Positions 39,317-49,800 of a stretch of 64,000 nucleotides of DNA are shown here, one piece after another. The stretch is from Phycisphaerales bacterium. Its GTDB lineage: Bacteria > Planctomycetota > Phycisphaerae > Phycisphaerales > UBA1924. How positions within the stretch are numbered: the stretch's first letter is position 1; every line of letters starts with the position of its first letter. A program made the position numbers and the translations under genes. The notes under the pieces were generated by a model that did not search any database, was not told the DNA's origin, and saw only the letters and a list, made by a program, of their open reading frames with translations. Location of the stretch: contig JBOHNL010000004.1 of NCBI GenBank assembly GCA_050730655.1, forward strand, positions 109,703 to 173,702, written 5' to 3'.

Positions 39317-39592
39317 CGCCGGCCCCTTTCCTTCTGCGCCCGGACCGAATGGCCGGTTCGCTTCGGATGGCATCGGGGTCAAGTCCCGAAATCCCGATCG
39401 CTCCAACCCTGCAGCACGGCAAGCCGCCGCGTCCTGCGCAGGCAAGAGCGGAGTGAGTGACCCGTCCGCCAAGGCCAGCTTATCAGACGGTGCGGGCCTG
39501 TCAACCGACGACGAGCGCTTCGCCAATTTGGAAGCGCTCGGAGGCTGGCCTTCGATTTAACTTCCACAAACTTGTGGATTGCCGTTGCGCAA

Positions 39593-39623
39593 GGAAAACG
39601 CCCCCTTTTGAAGAGGGGGCGTT
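39593..39623 (-). terminator. intrinsic terminator after pnp
   Basis: On the minus strand, AACGCCCCCT-cttcaaa-AGGGGGCGTT followed by TTCC, so the T run overlaps the stem end. Confidence 0.6.
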
Positions 39624-39661
39624 CGAGTCACGAATGCAGAATGGGGCGGCCCGGCGCCAGA

Positions 39662-41893
39662 TCAGACCGGCTGGGGTGCCGGAGCATCGGCGGCAGGAGC
39701 AGCCGGGGCGTTCTTCTTGGCTTCGTCCATCAGCACGGCCTTGCGGCTGAGCTTGATGCGGCCCTGGTCGTCGACCAGGATGACCTTCACCTTGACCATG
39801 TCGCCGATCTTGACAACGTCGGTCACGCTCTTGACGTAACCCTCGGCCAATTCGGAGATATGGCACATGCCGTCGGTGCCCGGGGCGAGTTCGACGAAAG
39901 CGCCGAAGTCCTTCACGCTGACGATCTTGCCTGTGTAGATCGCGCCAACCTTGACCTCTTCGCAGAGGGCTTCGATCTCGGTGCGGGCGCCTTCGATCGA
40001 CGGGCCATCGTTGCCGGCGAGCTGGACCGTGCCGTCGTCATCGACGTCGATGGTGACGCCGTAGCGATCCTGCAGGCCACGGATCATCTTGCCGCCCGGG
40101 CCGATGAGCTTGCCGATCTTTTCCGGATCGATGTGGAGGGTGATGATGCGCGGCGCGAGCGGGGAAATTTCCGCCCTGGGCTTGGCGATGATGCGTTCCA
40201 TGATGTCGATGATCTCGAGCCGGCCCTGCTTGGCCTGCTGGAGGATCTTCTCGATCTGCGAGATCACGAGGCCACGGGCCTTGAGATCGAGCTGGATGCC
40301 GGTGATGCCTTCGCGGGTGCCGCTGACCTTGAAATCCATGTCGCCGAAGAAGTCTTCTTCGCCGATGATGTCGGTGACGAAGAGTTCGTTCTGGTCGTTG
40401 TCATCGCTGAAACGACCGACGCTGATGCCGGCGACGGTGGCCTTGAGGGGCACGCCGGCGTCCATCAGAGCGAGACAGCCGCCACAGACGGAGGCCATCG
40501 ATGACGAGCCGTTCGACTCGGTGATGTCGCTGACGACGCGGATCGTGTATGGGAACTCATCGGGGCCCGGGATGACGCCCATGAGCGAGCGTTCGGCGAG
40601 CGCGCCGTGGCCGATTTCACGCCGACCGGGGGCGCTCAGACGCTTCACTTCGCCCGTCGAGAACGGGGGGAAGTTGTAGTGCAGCATGAACTTCTTGCTG
40701 TACTCGGGGATGAGGCCGTCGACGATCTGTTCGTCCTTGCCGGTGCCGAGCGTGACGCTGATGATGCTCTGCGTTTCGCCACGCTGGAAGAGGGCCGAAC
40801 CGTGCGTGCGCTGGAGAATGCCCACAGCGCCCGTGATCTGGCGCAACTGCGTCGCCTTGCGGCCGTCGGCGCGAATCTGCTCTTCGACGATCAGGCGACG
40901 CGTGACCTTTTCCTCGAGGCGCTTGAAGGCTTCCTTCGCCATGACCTTGTTTTTGAGGCTTGTCGCGTATTCACCGTAGTTGCCATCAACCTTGAGGGCG
41001 AAGTTCTTGTCGAGCGTGTTCTTGCGGAGTTCATCGACCTTTGCGTTGCGCTCGGCCTTGGAGTTGATCTTGCGAGCAGCGGTCATTTCCTTCTCGGCGA
41101 TCGATCGCACCTTGTCGGTGATCTCGGGGGTCGGGAGGATCGACTCGCCCGCGCGCTTCGGCTTGCCGACCTTTGCGGCCAGGTCGTTGATCAGACCGAG
41201 CAGCTCATTGATCTGGCCCTGACCGAATCGGATCGACTCGATCATGCTCGACTCATCGACTTCGGCGGCGCCGACTTCGATCATGTTCAGGCCGTCCTTG
41301 TGGCCCGAGAGGACCAGATCAAGATCGGAGTAATCGAGCTGGCTGACGGTGGGGTTGATGACGAACTGCGGGCCGTTGTCGGTGTGGATGCGTCCGACGC
41401 GAACGGTCGCGATCGGGCCTTCGAACGGGATGTCGCTGATCGCGAGCGCGGCGCTCGAAGCGATACCGGCCACCACGTCGGCGTCGTTCTCGGTGTCGTG
41501 GCTGAGCACCATGCACTGGATGAGCACTTCGTCGACGAAGCCGTCCGGGAAGAGCGGGCGGATCGGGCGATCGATCATGCGCATCGTGAGAATTTCCTTC
41601 TCAGAGGGCGGACCTTCGCGCTTCTTGAAGCCGCCCGGGAACTTGCCGGCGGCAGGGGTCTTCTCGCGGTAGTCAACGGTGAGCGGGAAGAAGTCGATAC
41701 CCTCGCGCGGGTTGGCGCGAACGACTGCGGCGAGCACTGTTGTGCCGCCGAAGGTCGCGATGACCGTACCGCCGGCGAGCTTGCCGACGACGCCGGTTTC
41801 GAGTGTGAAGACGCGGCCGCCGATTTCCTTGCGGACGACAACAGCGCCCGGCAGATCAGCAAGACCTGTAGAAGCGTGAGAGACCTGAGACAT
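39662..41893 (-). CDS. pnp: polyribonucleotide nucleotidyltransferase (PNPase)
   Basis: ORF 39662..41947 with start MSQVSH at 41893. Two RNase PH domains are followed by a KH domain and an S1 domain (GKIVSVKDFGAFVEL). Confidence 0.95.
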   Translation of the reverse strand: MSQVSHASTGLADLPGAVVVRKEIGGRVFTLETGVVGKLAGGTVIATFGGTTVLAAVVRANPREGIDFFPLTVDYREKTPAAGKFPGGFKKREGPPSEKEILTMRMIDRPIRPLFPDGFVDEVLIQCMVLSHDTENDADVVAGIASSAALAISDIPFEGPIATVRVGRIHTDNGPQFVINPTVSQLDYSDLDLVLSGHKDGLNMIEVGAAEVDESSMIESIRFGQGQINELLGLINDLAAKVGKPKRAGESILPTPEITDKVRSIAEKEMTAARKINSKAERNAKVDELRKNTLDKNFALKVDGNYGEYATSLKNKVMAKEAFKRLEEKVTRRLIVEEQIRADGRKATQLRQITGAVGILQRTHGSALFQRGETQSIISVTLGTGKDEQIVDGLIPEYSKKFMLHYNFPPFSTGEVKRLSAPGRREIGHGALAERSLMGVIPGPDEFPYTIRVVSDITESNGSSSMASVCGGCLALMDAGVPLKATVAGISVGRFSDDNDQNELFVTDIIGEEDFFGDMDFKVSGTREGITGIQLDLKARGLVISQIEKILQQAKQGRLEIIDIMERIIAKPRAEISPLAPRIITLHIDPEKIGKLIGPGGKMIRGLQDRYGVTIDVDDDGTVQLAGNDGPSIEGARTEIEALCEEVKVGAIYTGKIVSVKDFGAFVELAPGTDGMCHISELAEGYVKSVTDVVKIGDMVKVKVILVDDQGRIKLSRKAVLMDEAKKNAPAAPAADAPAPQPV

Positions 41894-42102
41894 GATTTTC
41901 TTTCCTTCTTCTGCGGACCGACAACGCTCACACTTCCGACCATGCATTTGCCATGCATTGGCGAGAAGCCGAGTGAACGCACGACCCTGGGCTGATATGC
42001 CCCCCGGTCTCTTCGTTGAGAGGCAGAAGGCAAAGGGCAGACTGGGAAAACCCGAGCTGCCGATTGCCCACTGCCGCGTCCGAGAGAGGCCGAAGGGGCT
42101 TG

Positions 42103-42141
42103 AAAACGAAAACGGCCCGGTGTTTTTCCAAACACCGGGCC
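42103..42141 (-). terminator. rpsO terminator/attenuator hairpin preceding the pnp leader
   Basis: On the minus strand, GGCCCGGTGTTT-ggaa-AAACACCGGGCC followed by GTTTTCGTTTT. Confidence 0.7.
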
Positions 42142-42148
42142 GAGTGAA

Positions 42149-42418
42149 TTACTTTCGGAGGCCCAATCGCGCAATCAGCTTCTGATATTCCTCAGGCTGA
42201 GTCGAGGCGAGGTAGCGCAGGAGCCGGTTACGCCGGCCGACCATGAGCACCAGGCCGCGGCGGCTGTGATGATCCTTGTCGTGCCCCTTGAGGTGGTCCG
42301 ACACTTCCTTGATCTTCTCAGTCAGCATCGCGATCTGGACTTGGGGCGAGCCCGTGTCCTTCTCGTGCGTCTTGTAGTCAGAAACGATTTTCTTGCGGCG
42401 TTCAGCGACCAGTGCCAT
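42149..42418 (-). CDS. rpsO: 30S ribosomal protein S15
   Basis: 89 aa with [16 protein letters not shown]...[21 protein letters not shown]. Confidence 0.95.
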   Translation of the reverse strand: MALVAERRKKIVSDYKTHEKDTGSPQVQIAMLTEKIKEVSDHLKGHDKDHHSRRGLVLMVGRRNRLLRYLASTQPEEYQKLIARLGLRK

Positions 42419-42633
42419 GAGTTCTTTTCTTTCCTTCGTTCACAGTTCTTTCGGGTGCCAATCCTAGGCCGGAAGGGGGAATGGATCAAAGGCCTGGAAG
42501 GGGTAAAAACGGGTTCCGAACAGAGACCCGAAGCAGTTTACAAGATTTGTACCGGAGCATTCGGGGCCGCGGGAGAGCCAATCTTTACAGGCGACAGCCG
42601 CAAGGTGGCTTCCGCGGCGGGTACATTTCGGAC

Positions 42634-43965
42634 ATGACTACTGCCTCCGCCAATCCGGTTTCCCCCGCTTCCGGTTCCGCGTCCACCCCCAAGGCTGCAG
42701 GCCTTTCGATTTCCAGGCGTGTCGCGGAGATGAAACCCTCGGTCACGGTTGCGTTTATGAACCGGGCCAAGAACATGAAGGCTCAGGGCCTCGACGTTCT
42801 CGGCTTCGCGGCGGGCGAGCCGGATTTCGATACGCCCAAGGTGGTGAAAGACGCGGCGATCGAGGCGCTCAATGCGGGCATGACCAAATACATGCCGACT
42901 TTGGGCGACCCCGAGACGCGGAAAGTGCTCGCGGAGAAGTTGGTCAGAGAAAACGGAATCCCGACGACGGCCGATCACATCGCGATCAGCGCGGGTGGCA
43001 AGCACTCGCTGTATGTCGCGTGTCAGTGCCTGTTTGATTTTCCTGCGCATGGCGAAGCGCCGCAGGAAGGCATTTTGCCCGTCCCGGCTTGGGTGAGCTA
43101 CGCGCCGATCATCGAGATCGCCGGCGGCAAGGTCGTTGAGATTCAGACCGACGCTGCGAGCGACTTCAAGATCACACCGGAGCAACTCAAGAACGCGATC
43201 ACGCCTCGCACGCGTGCGTTCTTTATTAACTCGCCCAGCAATCCGTGCGGCACGATGTACACGCCTGCGGAGTTGAAGGCGCTTGCGCAAGTGATCGCAG
43301 AAGCTGCGAAGACAACCGCGCCGAATCTGGTTGTTGTTTCGGACGAGCTTTACGAGAAGATCGTGTACGGCGGCATCGAGCACTTCTCGATCGGCAGCGT
43401 GCCGGAGATCGCGGAGCGCACGCTCACGATTAATGGATTGTCGAAGGCGTACGCGATGACGGGTTGGCGCATCGGCTACTCGGCCGGCAGCGGCGCATTC
43501 GGTAAGAAGCTGATCGATGCGATGGGCGTGCTGCAGGGTCAGATGACGACGAACATCACGAGCTTTACGTATCCGGCGATTCGCACGGCAATCACCAAGA
43601 CGGCGGCGGATGTGGAGAAGATGCGTCAGGCATTTGCGGAGCGTGCGAGCGCGATTCATGCCCGTCTTGCGAAAGTTCCGGGTATCGAGTGCCCGAAGCC
43701 GACGGGCGCCTTCTACGCATTCCCGGATGTGTCGGCGCACTTTGGAAAGACAACTCCTGGCGGCAACGGGACCGCGGGCCGCAAGATCAACAACGCGATG
43801 GATTTCTGCGAGGCGCTGCTTGCCGAGCAGTATGTCGCATTCGTGCCGGGCGAAGATTTCGGAGGCTGCGGCAAGAACTGCGCGCGCATCTCGTTCGCGT
43901 GCTCGGTCGATCAGATCAACAAAGGCATCGATCGGCTCGAGAAGTTCATCGCGGGTTTGAAATAA
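42634..43965 (+). CDS. class-I pyridoxal-phosphate aminotransferase (aspartate aminotransferase-like)
   Basis: ORF 42481..43965 with start MTTASAN at 42634. PLP-Lys motif LSKAYAMTGWRIGY. Confidence 0.85.
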   Translation: MTTASANPVSPASGSASTPKAAGLSISRRVAEMKPSVTVAFMNRAKNMKAQGLDVLGFAAGEPDFDTPKVVKDAAIEALNAGMTKYMPTLGDPETRKVLAEKLVRENGIPTTADHIAISAGGKHSLYVACQCLFDFPAHGEAPQEGILPVPAWVSYAPIIEIAGGKVVEIQTDAASDFKITPEQLKNAITPRTRAFFINSPSNPCGTMYTPAELKALAQVIAEAAKTTAPNLVVVSDELYEKIVYGGIEHFSIGSVPEIAERTLTINGLSKAYAMTGWRIGYSAGSGAFGKKLIDAMGVLQGQMTTNITSFTYPAIRTAITKTAADVEKMRQAFAERASAIHARLAKVPGIECPKPTGAFYAFPDVSAHFGKTTPGGNGTAGRKINNAMDFCEALLAEQYVAFVPGEDFGGCGKNCARISFACSVDQINKGIDRLEKFIAGLK

Positions 43966-44347
43966 CGCGAGACGGTTGTGTCAGCGGCACAGCAGTTGAG
44001 ATTCCGAAATCATCGCGGCATTTCGAATCGCGCGTGTTCGTATTGACCGGGGCGAGTGCTGTTACCGAACCGCGCGCATTGGCATCGAGTCGCGTGCGTG
44101 CCCGTACGCAGGTCTTCACGCCGGTTCAGCGAACTCAAGAAAAGCGTGGAACATGCCTTTGCGCAATCTTCATAATTTCTTGAATGGTTGAAACCGCTTT
44201 CACCTTGCCGCGAATCGAGATTTGACCGTCTCGCTGGGGTGCGTTGGGCGATCTTTCAACTTGGTGCTTTCAAAAATGCCCGTTCCGGGGCAGCGCATTT
44301 GCGTTTCGGTCTTTTTATTTTTGGAGGTTCGGCTCAGGAGGTGTCCA

Positions 44348-44515
44348 GTGTCTCGTTGCCTCACGTCTCAATCGGCACATTGGCAGTCGGCGCGCTTCGG
44401 CGGCACGACGGTCCGGACGGCTCTCGTGATCGAGAACTCTTTTTCTCTCACGACGACGGTCTGTACGCCGGTTACGACGTCGGACATCGTCGCAGGGGGC
44501 ATTGTTCTTCGCTGA
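44348..44515 (+). CDS. candidate 55-aa small protein (speculative)
   Basis: AGGAGG at 44336-44341, then 6 nt, then GTG at 44348. Product is MSRCLTSQSAHWQSARFGGTTVRTALVIENSFSLTTTVCTPVTTSDIVAGGIVLR. No homology recognised. Confidence 0.2.
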   Translation: MSRCLTSQSAHWQSARFGGTTVRTALVIENSFSLTTTVCTPVTTSDIVAGGIVLR

Positions 44516-44713
44516 TGCCGGGTCGATGATCGCCGACGACTGAATTCTCGCGACCGATCGCGTTCCAACACAATTTTCTACAGCTTGTACTTCACCGCGC
44601 CGCGGGCGCGCTGCGTTGTCGCGCGTTCACACTTTCAACCGGCGGCATCGTTTTCATTCGAAACGAGGTTTCTCCGCGCGATCGCGTCTTCAACAAGTTC
44701 TCGTTCTTCAGCG

Positions 44714-44748
44714 CCGCCCTTTCCTCGTTGGATTGGGCGGTGTTTTTA
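44714..44748 (+). terminator. plus-strand intrinsic terminator abutting the scpA stop
   Basis: CCGCCCtttCC-tcgtt-GGattGGGCGG gives 9 bp with a 2-nt internal mismatch. It is followed by TGTTTTTA. Confidence 0.4.
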
Positions 44749-44755
44749 TCTGAAC

Positions 44756-45607
44756 TTACTGAGCAGTGGCCGCGGCCGGATCCGTCGGTGCCTCATCGGG
44801 ATCGCGCAGCACCAGCGTGATCTCCGACGACTGCTTGTCCTGCTCCACCCCCACCACCCGCCTGCGCACGAGATCGAGCACGGCGAGGAAGAGGCCGATC
44901 ATTTCGCTTCGCGTGCGGTTGGTGAGAAGCGTGCGGAATGTGAGCTTTGGACGAGCGTCGCCCAGTGCGCCGAGCGACTCGCCTTTGATGCGATCGACAA
45001 TGTCCGCAGCGTGCAATTCGATCGGCGTGTCGTCGTACACGACCTGGTGATCGCCGAGGCGATCAAAGTTCACGGTTGCGACGATTCGTTTGAACGCTTC
45101 GAGCAGGTCGGTGAGTTCGAGATCCTCGACATCGAGTGCTGCAACTTCTTCGCGGACGGCGTCCGCATCGACCGTTGGCGTCAACTCGTCGGCGCCTCCA
45201 ACCGGAAACCGCGCCTGCCACTGCTTGCCACGAAGCTCGAGCGCATCCGCCGCATCGCGATATTGCTTGTACGCGAGCAACTGGCGCACGAGATCGGCTC
45301 GCGGATCGGTTGCATCGGTACCAGAGTCATCCGAAGCGACGACCGCGTTCGGATCATTGCTGCGAGCGAGCCAGCGGCTCTTGATTTCCATGAGCGATGC
45401 GGCCATCACTAGGAACTCGCCGGCGACTTCGATATCAACAGGCGTGCCGTCTTTATCGAGATCGCGAAGGAACGCGATGTACTGATCCGCGATCGGCGCG
45501 ATCGGGATGTCGGTGACATCGACCTCGTTCTTGCGGATCAGAAAGAGCAGAAGGTCGAGGGGGCCTTCAAACGATTCCAGGCGTACTCGATAGTCTTCGG
45601 TGAGCAT
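44756..45607 (-). CDS. scpA: segregation and condensation protein A
   Basis: ORF 44756..45700. The start at 45607 gives MLTEDYRVRLESFEGPLDLLLFLIRKNEVDVTDIPIAPIADQY. Confidence 0.9.
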   Translation of the reverse strand: MLTEDYRVRLESFEGPLDLLLFLIRKNEVDVTDIPIAPIADQYIAFLRDLDKDGTPVDIEVAGEFLVMAASLMEIKSRWLARSNDPNAVVASDDSGTDATDPRADLVRQLLAYKQYRDAADALELRGKQWQARFPVGGADELTPTVDADAVREEVAALDVEDLELTDLLEAFKRIVATVNFDRLGDHQVVYDDTPIELHAADIVDRIKGESLGALGDARPKLTFRTLLTNRTRSEMIGLFLAVLDLVRRRVVGVEQDKQSSEITLVLRDPDEAPTDPAAATAQ

Positions 45608-45760
45608 CCGTGCCTCCGGCCATGCAGAAATCGCGAAAATCAGCGGCTCCGCCGCGGAAAGCGATTGGCTTCTACCAACAGTGTACGCACTTTCGGCCAA
45701 ACCCCGAACTACCCTTCAGGGATGCCATCAAAGGCCGCGCCCGGAACCAGGACGGAACGA

Positions 45761-46849
45761 ATGACCGAGCCCAAAGCACCGGCGACGGAGGTGTCTGTAC
45801 GTCCTGCCGCGCGGGGTACGAAAGTCACTCCGGAAGCGCTCCAAGCCGGGAAGCGTCTGCTTCGAGCGGAGGCGACGGCGGTTGCCCGGCTCGCGGATTC
45901 GCTGGGTGATCCGTTCGAGCGAGCGGTGGAGCTGATCGTCTCCTGTGCCGACGCGGGAGGCACAGTTCTTATTACAGGCCTCGGCAAGTCCGGATTGATC
46001 GGCGCGAAGATTTCGGCGACGCTTTCGTCGCTTGGTATTCCCTCCCACTGCGTGCATCCGTCTGAGGCAGCACACGGCGACCTTGGGCGATTCCGAAAGT
46101 GCGACACCGTCATCTGCATTTCATTCAGCGGTGAGACTGACGAGGTTGTAAATCTCGCATCGATTCTCAGGCAGGATGGGCTTCCGATCATCAGCATCAC
46201 GGGAACGGCGGGAGCGACCGGAAGTCCCAGCGCGAAGGCATCGAGCCTTGAGCGCCTCGCGACCGTGACGCTCGGACTTGGGCTTGAGCAAGAAGCGGGC
46301 GAACCGGATTTTGCGGCCCCCACTTCATCCACCACGGCGACGTTGGCGCTGGGCGATGCGCTCGCGGTTGTCAGCGCAAAAGTGCGGAACTTCACCGACG
46401 AAGATTTCAAACGCCGACATCCGGGTGGAACACTCGGCGATTTGCTAAGGCCCGTGACCGAGGTGCTGCGGTTTGTCGCGGGGAAAAATCTCCCTCGCGT
46501 GACGGACGATCGCACGGTCGCCTCGGCGCTCGAAGAGGCTGCAAAGGGTGGCCGTCGCCCGGGCGCGATCCTGCTGAGCGATCCGAAGACCAGCCGCCTG
46601 AGCGGCATCTTTACCGACGGCGATCTTCGCCGCCTGATTCTGCGCGATCCATCAGAGCTTCATCGCCCGATCCGCGACGTCATGACGAAGGACCCGCGTT
46701 GTCTGCCGGAGACGGCTCTGGTTCGCGATGCGGTGCGCATGGTGCGTGAGTTCCGCGCTGACGAAATCCCGGTTGTGAATTCGCTCGGCGAACCGGTCGG
46801 CCTTCTCGACGTGCAGGATCTCGTCGCGATGAGGCTGGTGCAGGATTGA
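45761..46849 (+). CDS. kdsD: arabinose-5-phosphate isomerase (KpsF/GutQ/KdsD family: SIS plus CBS pair)
   Basis: VLITGLGKSGLIGAKISATLSSLGIPSHCVHPSEAAHGDLG and C-terminal CBS repeats. Confidence 0.88.
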   Translation: MTEPKAPATEVSVRPAARGTKVTPEALQAGKRLLRAEATAVARLADSLGDPFERAVELIVSCADAGGTVLITGLGKSGLIGAKISATLSSLGIPSHCVHPSEAAHGDLGRFRKCDTVICISFSGETDEVVNLASILRQDGLPIISITGTAGATGSPSAKASSLERLATVTLGLGLEQEAGEPDFAAPTSSTTATLALGDALAVVSAKVRNFTDEDFKRRHPGGTLGDLLRPVTEVLRFVAGKNLPRVTDDRTVASALEEAAKGGRRPGAILLSDPKTSRLSGIFTDGDLRRLILRDPSELHRPIRDVMTKDPRCLPETALVRDAVRMVREFRADEIPVVNSLGEPVGLLDVQDLVAMRLVQD

Positions 46850-49800
46850 GTACGCCAGGAACCAAACGGGGTCGAGTCGCGCGCGGCGCGAATCGTGCTG
46901 ACTCGGGCAGCGCTCGGACCAACGGCCTTGTCGTTGCCGTTCTCGTTGCGCTTGTGTCGGCGGGCGGGCTTTTCTGGATTGCACGCTCTCCGGCGAAATC
47001 GAAACTCGAGATCGTGAAGCCGGCGGATCTTGGCAACGCGCCAACCGCGGACAACGAGCTGAACGGTTCGGACATCACGCTGCAGTTGGTCGATCGGAAC
47101 GATCCGGGGCGACTCGCGGCGGAATTGAAATTGCCGGCGATTCAGCCGCTCGAAGCCAAGCGATATTCCGTGCAGACGCCGTCGGGCTGGCTTTTTCCGC
47201 GCGACGGACGCGTGATTTGGATCCGCGCTGACAAGGCCGACTTGTTTTTGCCGAATCGTCAACAGCTTCCGGAGCGCGGCGACTTCAAGGGCAATGTGAT
47301 CGTGCGTTTGTTCGAAGGTCCGGCGGGACGCAAGATCGATCCGGAAAAGGAAACGCCTCTGATCGAAGCCAAGAGCGAACACATGGCGTTCGACGGCGCG
47401 ATCGGCGAATTGCAGATCCCTGAACGCATTGTCATCACTGGCAGCGGGATTTCGTACGCCGGGAAGAACATTCGCGCGTTGTTCAACGATCCTGAGCAGC
47501 GACTTGAACTGCTCACGGCGGATGCGAGCGAGTATCTGCGCTACGACCCGAAGCGGGCGAGGCAAGCGCCGAGCCTTTGGCAGAGTTCGTCTGCTGCGGG
47601 CGCCCCGACGAGCAACTCGCAAAGCTCGCTCCAGGCACGCCAGGCACAGTCGCCAAATTCGAACGCAACGGGCAACAAGCCGCCGGTTGCTTCGGCAGGC
47701 GTGACGCCGCCCGGACGCGAGTCGCTCTATCGCGTGACGGCGGAGCACGAGGTTCGCGCAACGCAGGGTCAACGCGAGATCAAGAGCGATCTGCTCGAAG
47801 TCTTCGCAAGGCTGATCGACAACCAGGCACCGAAAAAGCCGGGGCCGATTGCCCAAGCTGCGAGCAGGCAAACGAGTGATACGGGTTCGTTCGCGATCCG
47901 ACGCGTTTCGATGCAGCAGCCTGAAGGAACTCCTCTGCTTCGGCGCGAAGAGATTCCGGCGGCAGATCGCGCATCGAATGACGATCCGGTGGAAATCCTC
48001 TGGCAGGGACGGCTCGAGATTCGTCCGCTGCCGGCCGCGAACGAGTTGCTCACATCAAACGACCTTGCGGTTCGATTCGCGGGAACCTCGAAACGTGTGA
48101 CGATCGCCGATCGCGGCGCGGATATTTCGGGCGTTGGCGATGCTGTCACCTATCTCGACACAATCCGCGAGGCCCGAATCTCGAGCGTGAAACCCGAGGG
48201 AGTCCTGCTCCGGGGCGAAAAGTCCGGGCGGGTGATCGCGTCGGATGCGCGGATGAACCTGGCCTCCGGACTTGCGGACTTCCGCGGCGCGGGACGATTC
48301 GAAAACCTTGACTCGGACGATCTCGCGCATGAAGCGCAACGCTCGATCGCGTGGGCTGAATCGGCGCAATTGACGTTCGGCCTCGATGCCAAGGGCGATC
48401 CGAAGACATTGAAGAACGCCGCTTTCCATGGCGGAGTGCAGGCAAAGGGCGGCCAATCGATCGCGAAGGCAGACGCCATGACCGCGGAGTTCGATCCGGC
48501 GTTTGCGGATCGCCCGGTCCTTCAGCACGTCAATCTTTCAGGCAATGCCACGGCAACCGACGCGCAGGGAGGCGGATTGCACGCCAAGTCTGTGGATATT
48601 CGATTTGCGGCGCCGAGCGCGCTCGAGAAGGAGCCCGCGGCACAACTGCTGCTCGCGCGTGGCGATGTCGAAGCGACGGCCAAGAGTTCGACGCTTCGCG
48701 CGCAGCAGCTTGATGTTCAACTTGGCAACGACCCAGAAGGCAAGATCAGCGCTCTCTTTGTGAACGCTCGCGAGCAGGTGCAGATTGAAGGCAAGGACGG
48801 CCTTCGCGCGGGCTGCGATGAACTTGCCGCGGACATTCAGACGCAGAACGCCGAACTCGCGGGCGAAATCGTCGTGCTCGCAAAGGGCGATTCGAGCGTC
48901 AGCGGCCGGCGCATGAAACTCGAGGGCGAAACGTCGAGGCTTGAAGTCGTCGGTGAAGGTTCGTTCCACCACGAGGGCGTGAGCAAGACCGGCGCGCGTC
49001 AGGTTGCGTCGGCAAAGTGGTCGGAAGGAATGACGTACGAAGATTCGACCGGCATACTTGAAGCCCGGGGCGGCGCGGTCGCTGAAGCCATGCCCGATGA
49101 TCGCACACGCGACACGCTGCAGGCTAATGAAGTGCGTGTGAAACTGACCGCTACGGGAGAACGCCACGCAACGATCGATGCGCTCGGGACCAACGACAAG
49201 AACAGCGACCAGAACATCAAACGCGACATCGTGAGCGTTATCGCAATCGGCCAGAGCGACGCGGCCCCCGCGAAGATCGAGTCGCGCCGATACGACGCGC
49301 CAGTTCCGCAAGACGGCGACGGCCCGATGCCGAAGCTCGAGCGTCTGCTCTATCTCGAATCGCGTGAAGTGCAGGCCGACAACAGCTCGGGCACGCTTGC
49401 AACGCCCGGCGCGGGACGAATCCTGATCGTGGATCGCCGCGATGCAAGCGCGGAGAAGCCGAAGACTCCTGCCGCGGCATCACCCGTGGACATGGGTTCG
49501 ACCGGCAAAGGTCAGACCCTCTTCACCTGGCGCGATTCGATGTCGATGAATCGCCCGACACAGACGATTCGTCTCAACGGCGAGGTGCGGCTGACGAACG
49601 AGCGCCCGGTCGATCGCCTTATCACGCAGCTTGATTGTGAACGCCTCACGGCAACTTTGCTCGAAGAAGCGCGCCCGACCGGCGGCGATCCCCTCAATGA
49701 AAGTCGCGGCCAGTTGTCGCGTGCGATCGCAGAAGGCAACGCCCGCCTCAAGAGCGGCACGAAAGAACTGCTCGGCCAGATCATCGATTACGACGCGATT

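Noticed and set aside
44368-44571. Minus-strand ORF 44368..44571 (67 aa) and plus-strand ORF 44188..44529 (113 aa) in the orphan region.
   Set aside because: Neither has an SD or a convincing start context, and their products are Arg-rich and low-complexity. The 55-codon plus-strand ORF with AGGAGG-6-GTG is the only one with a translation signal, and even that is rated low.
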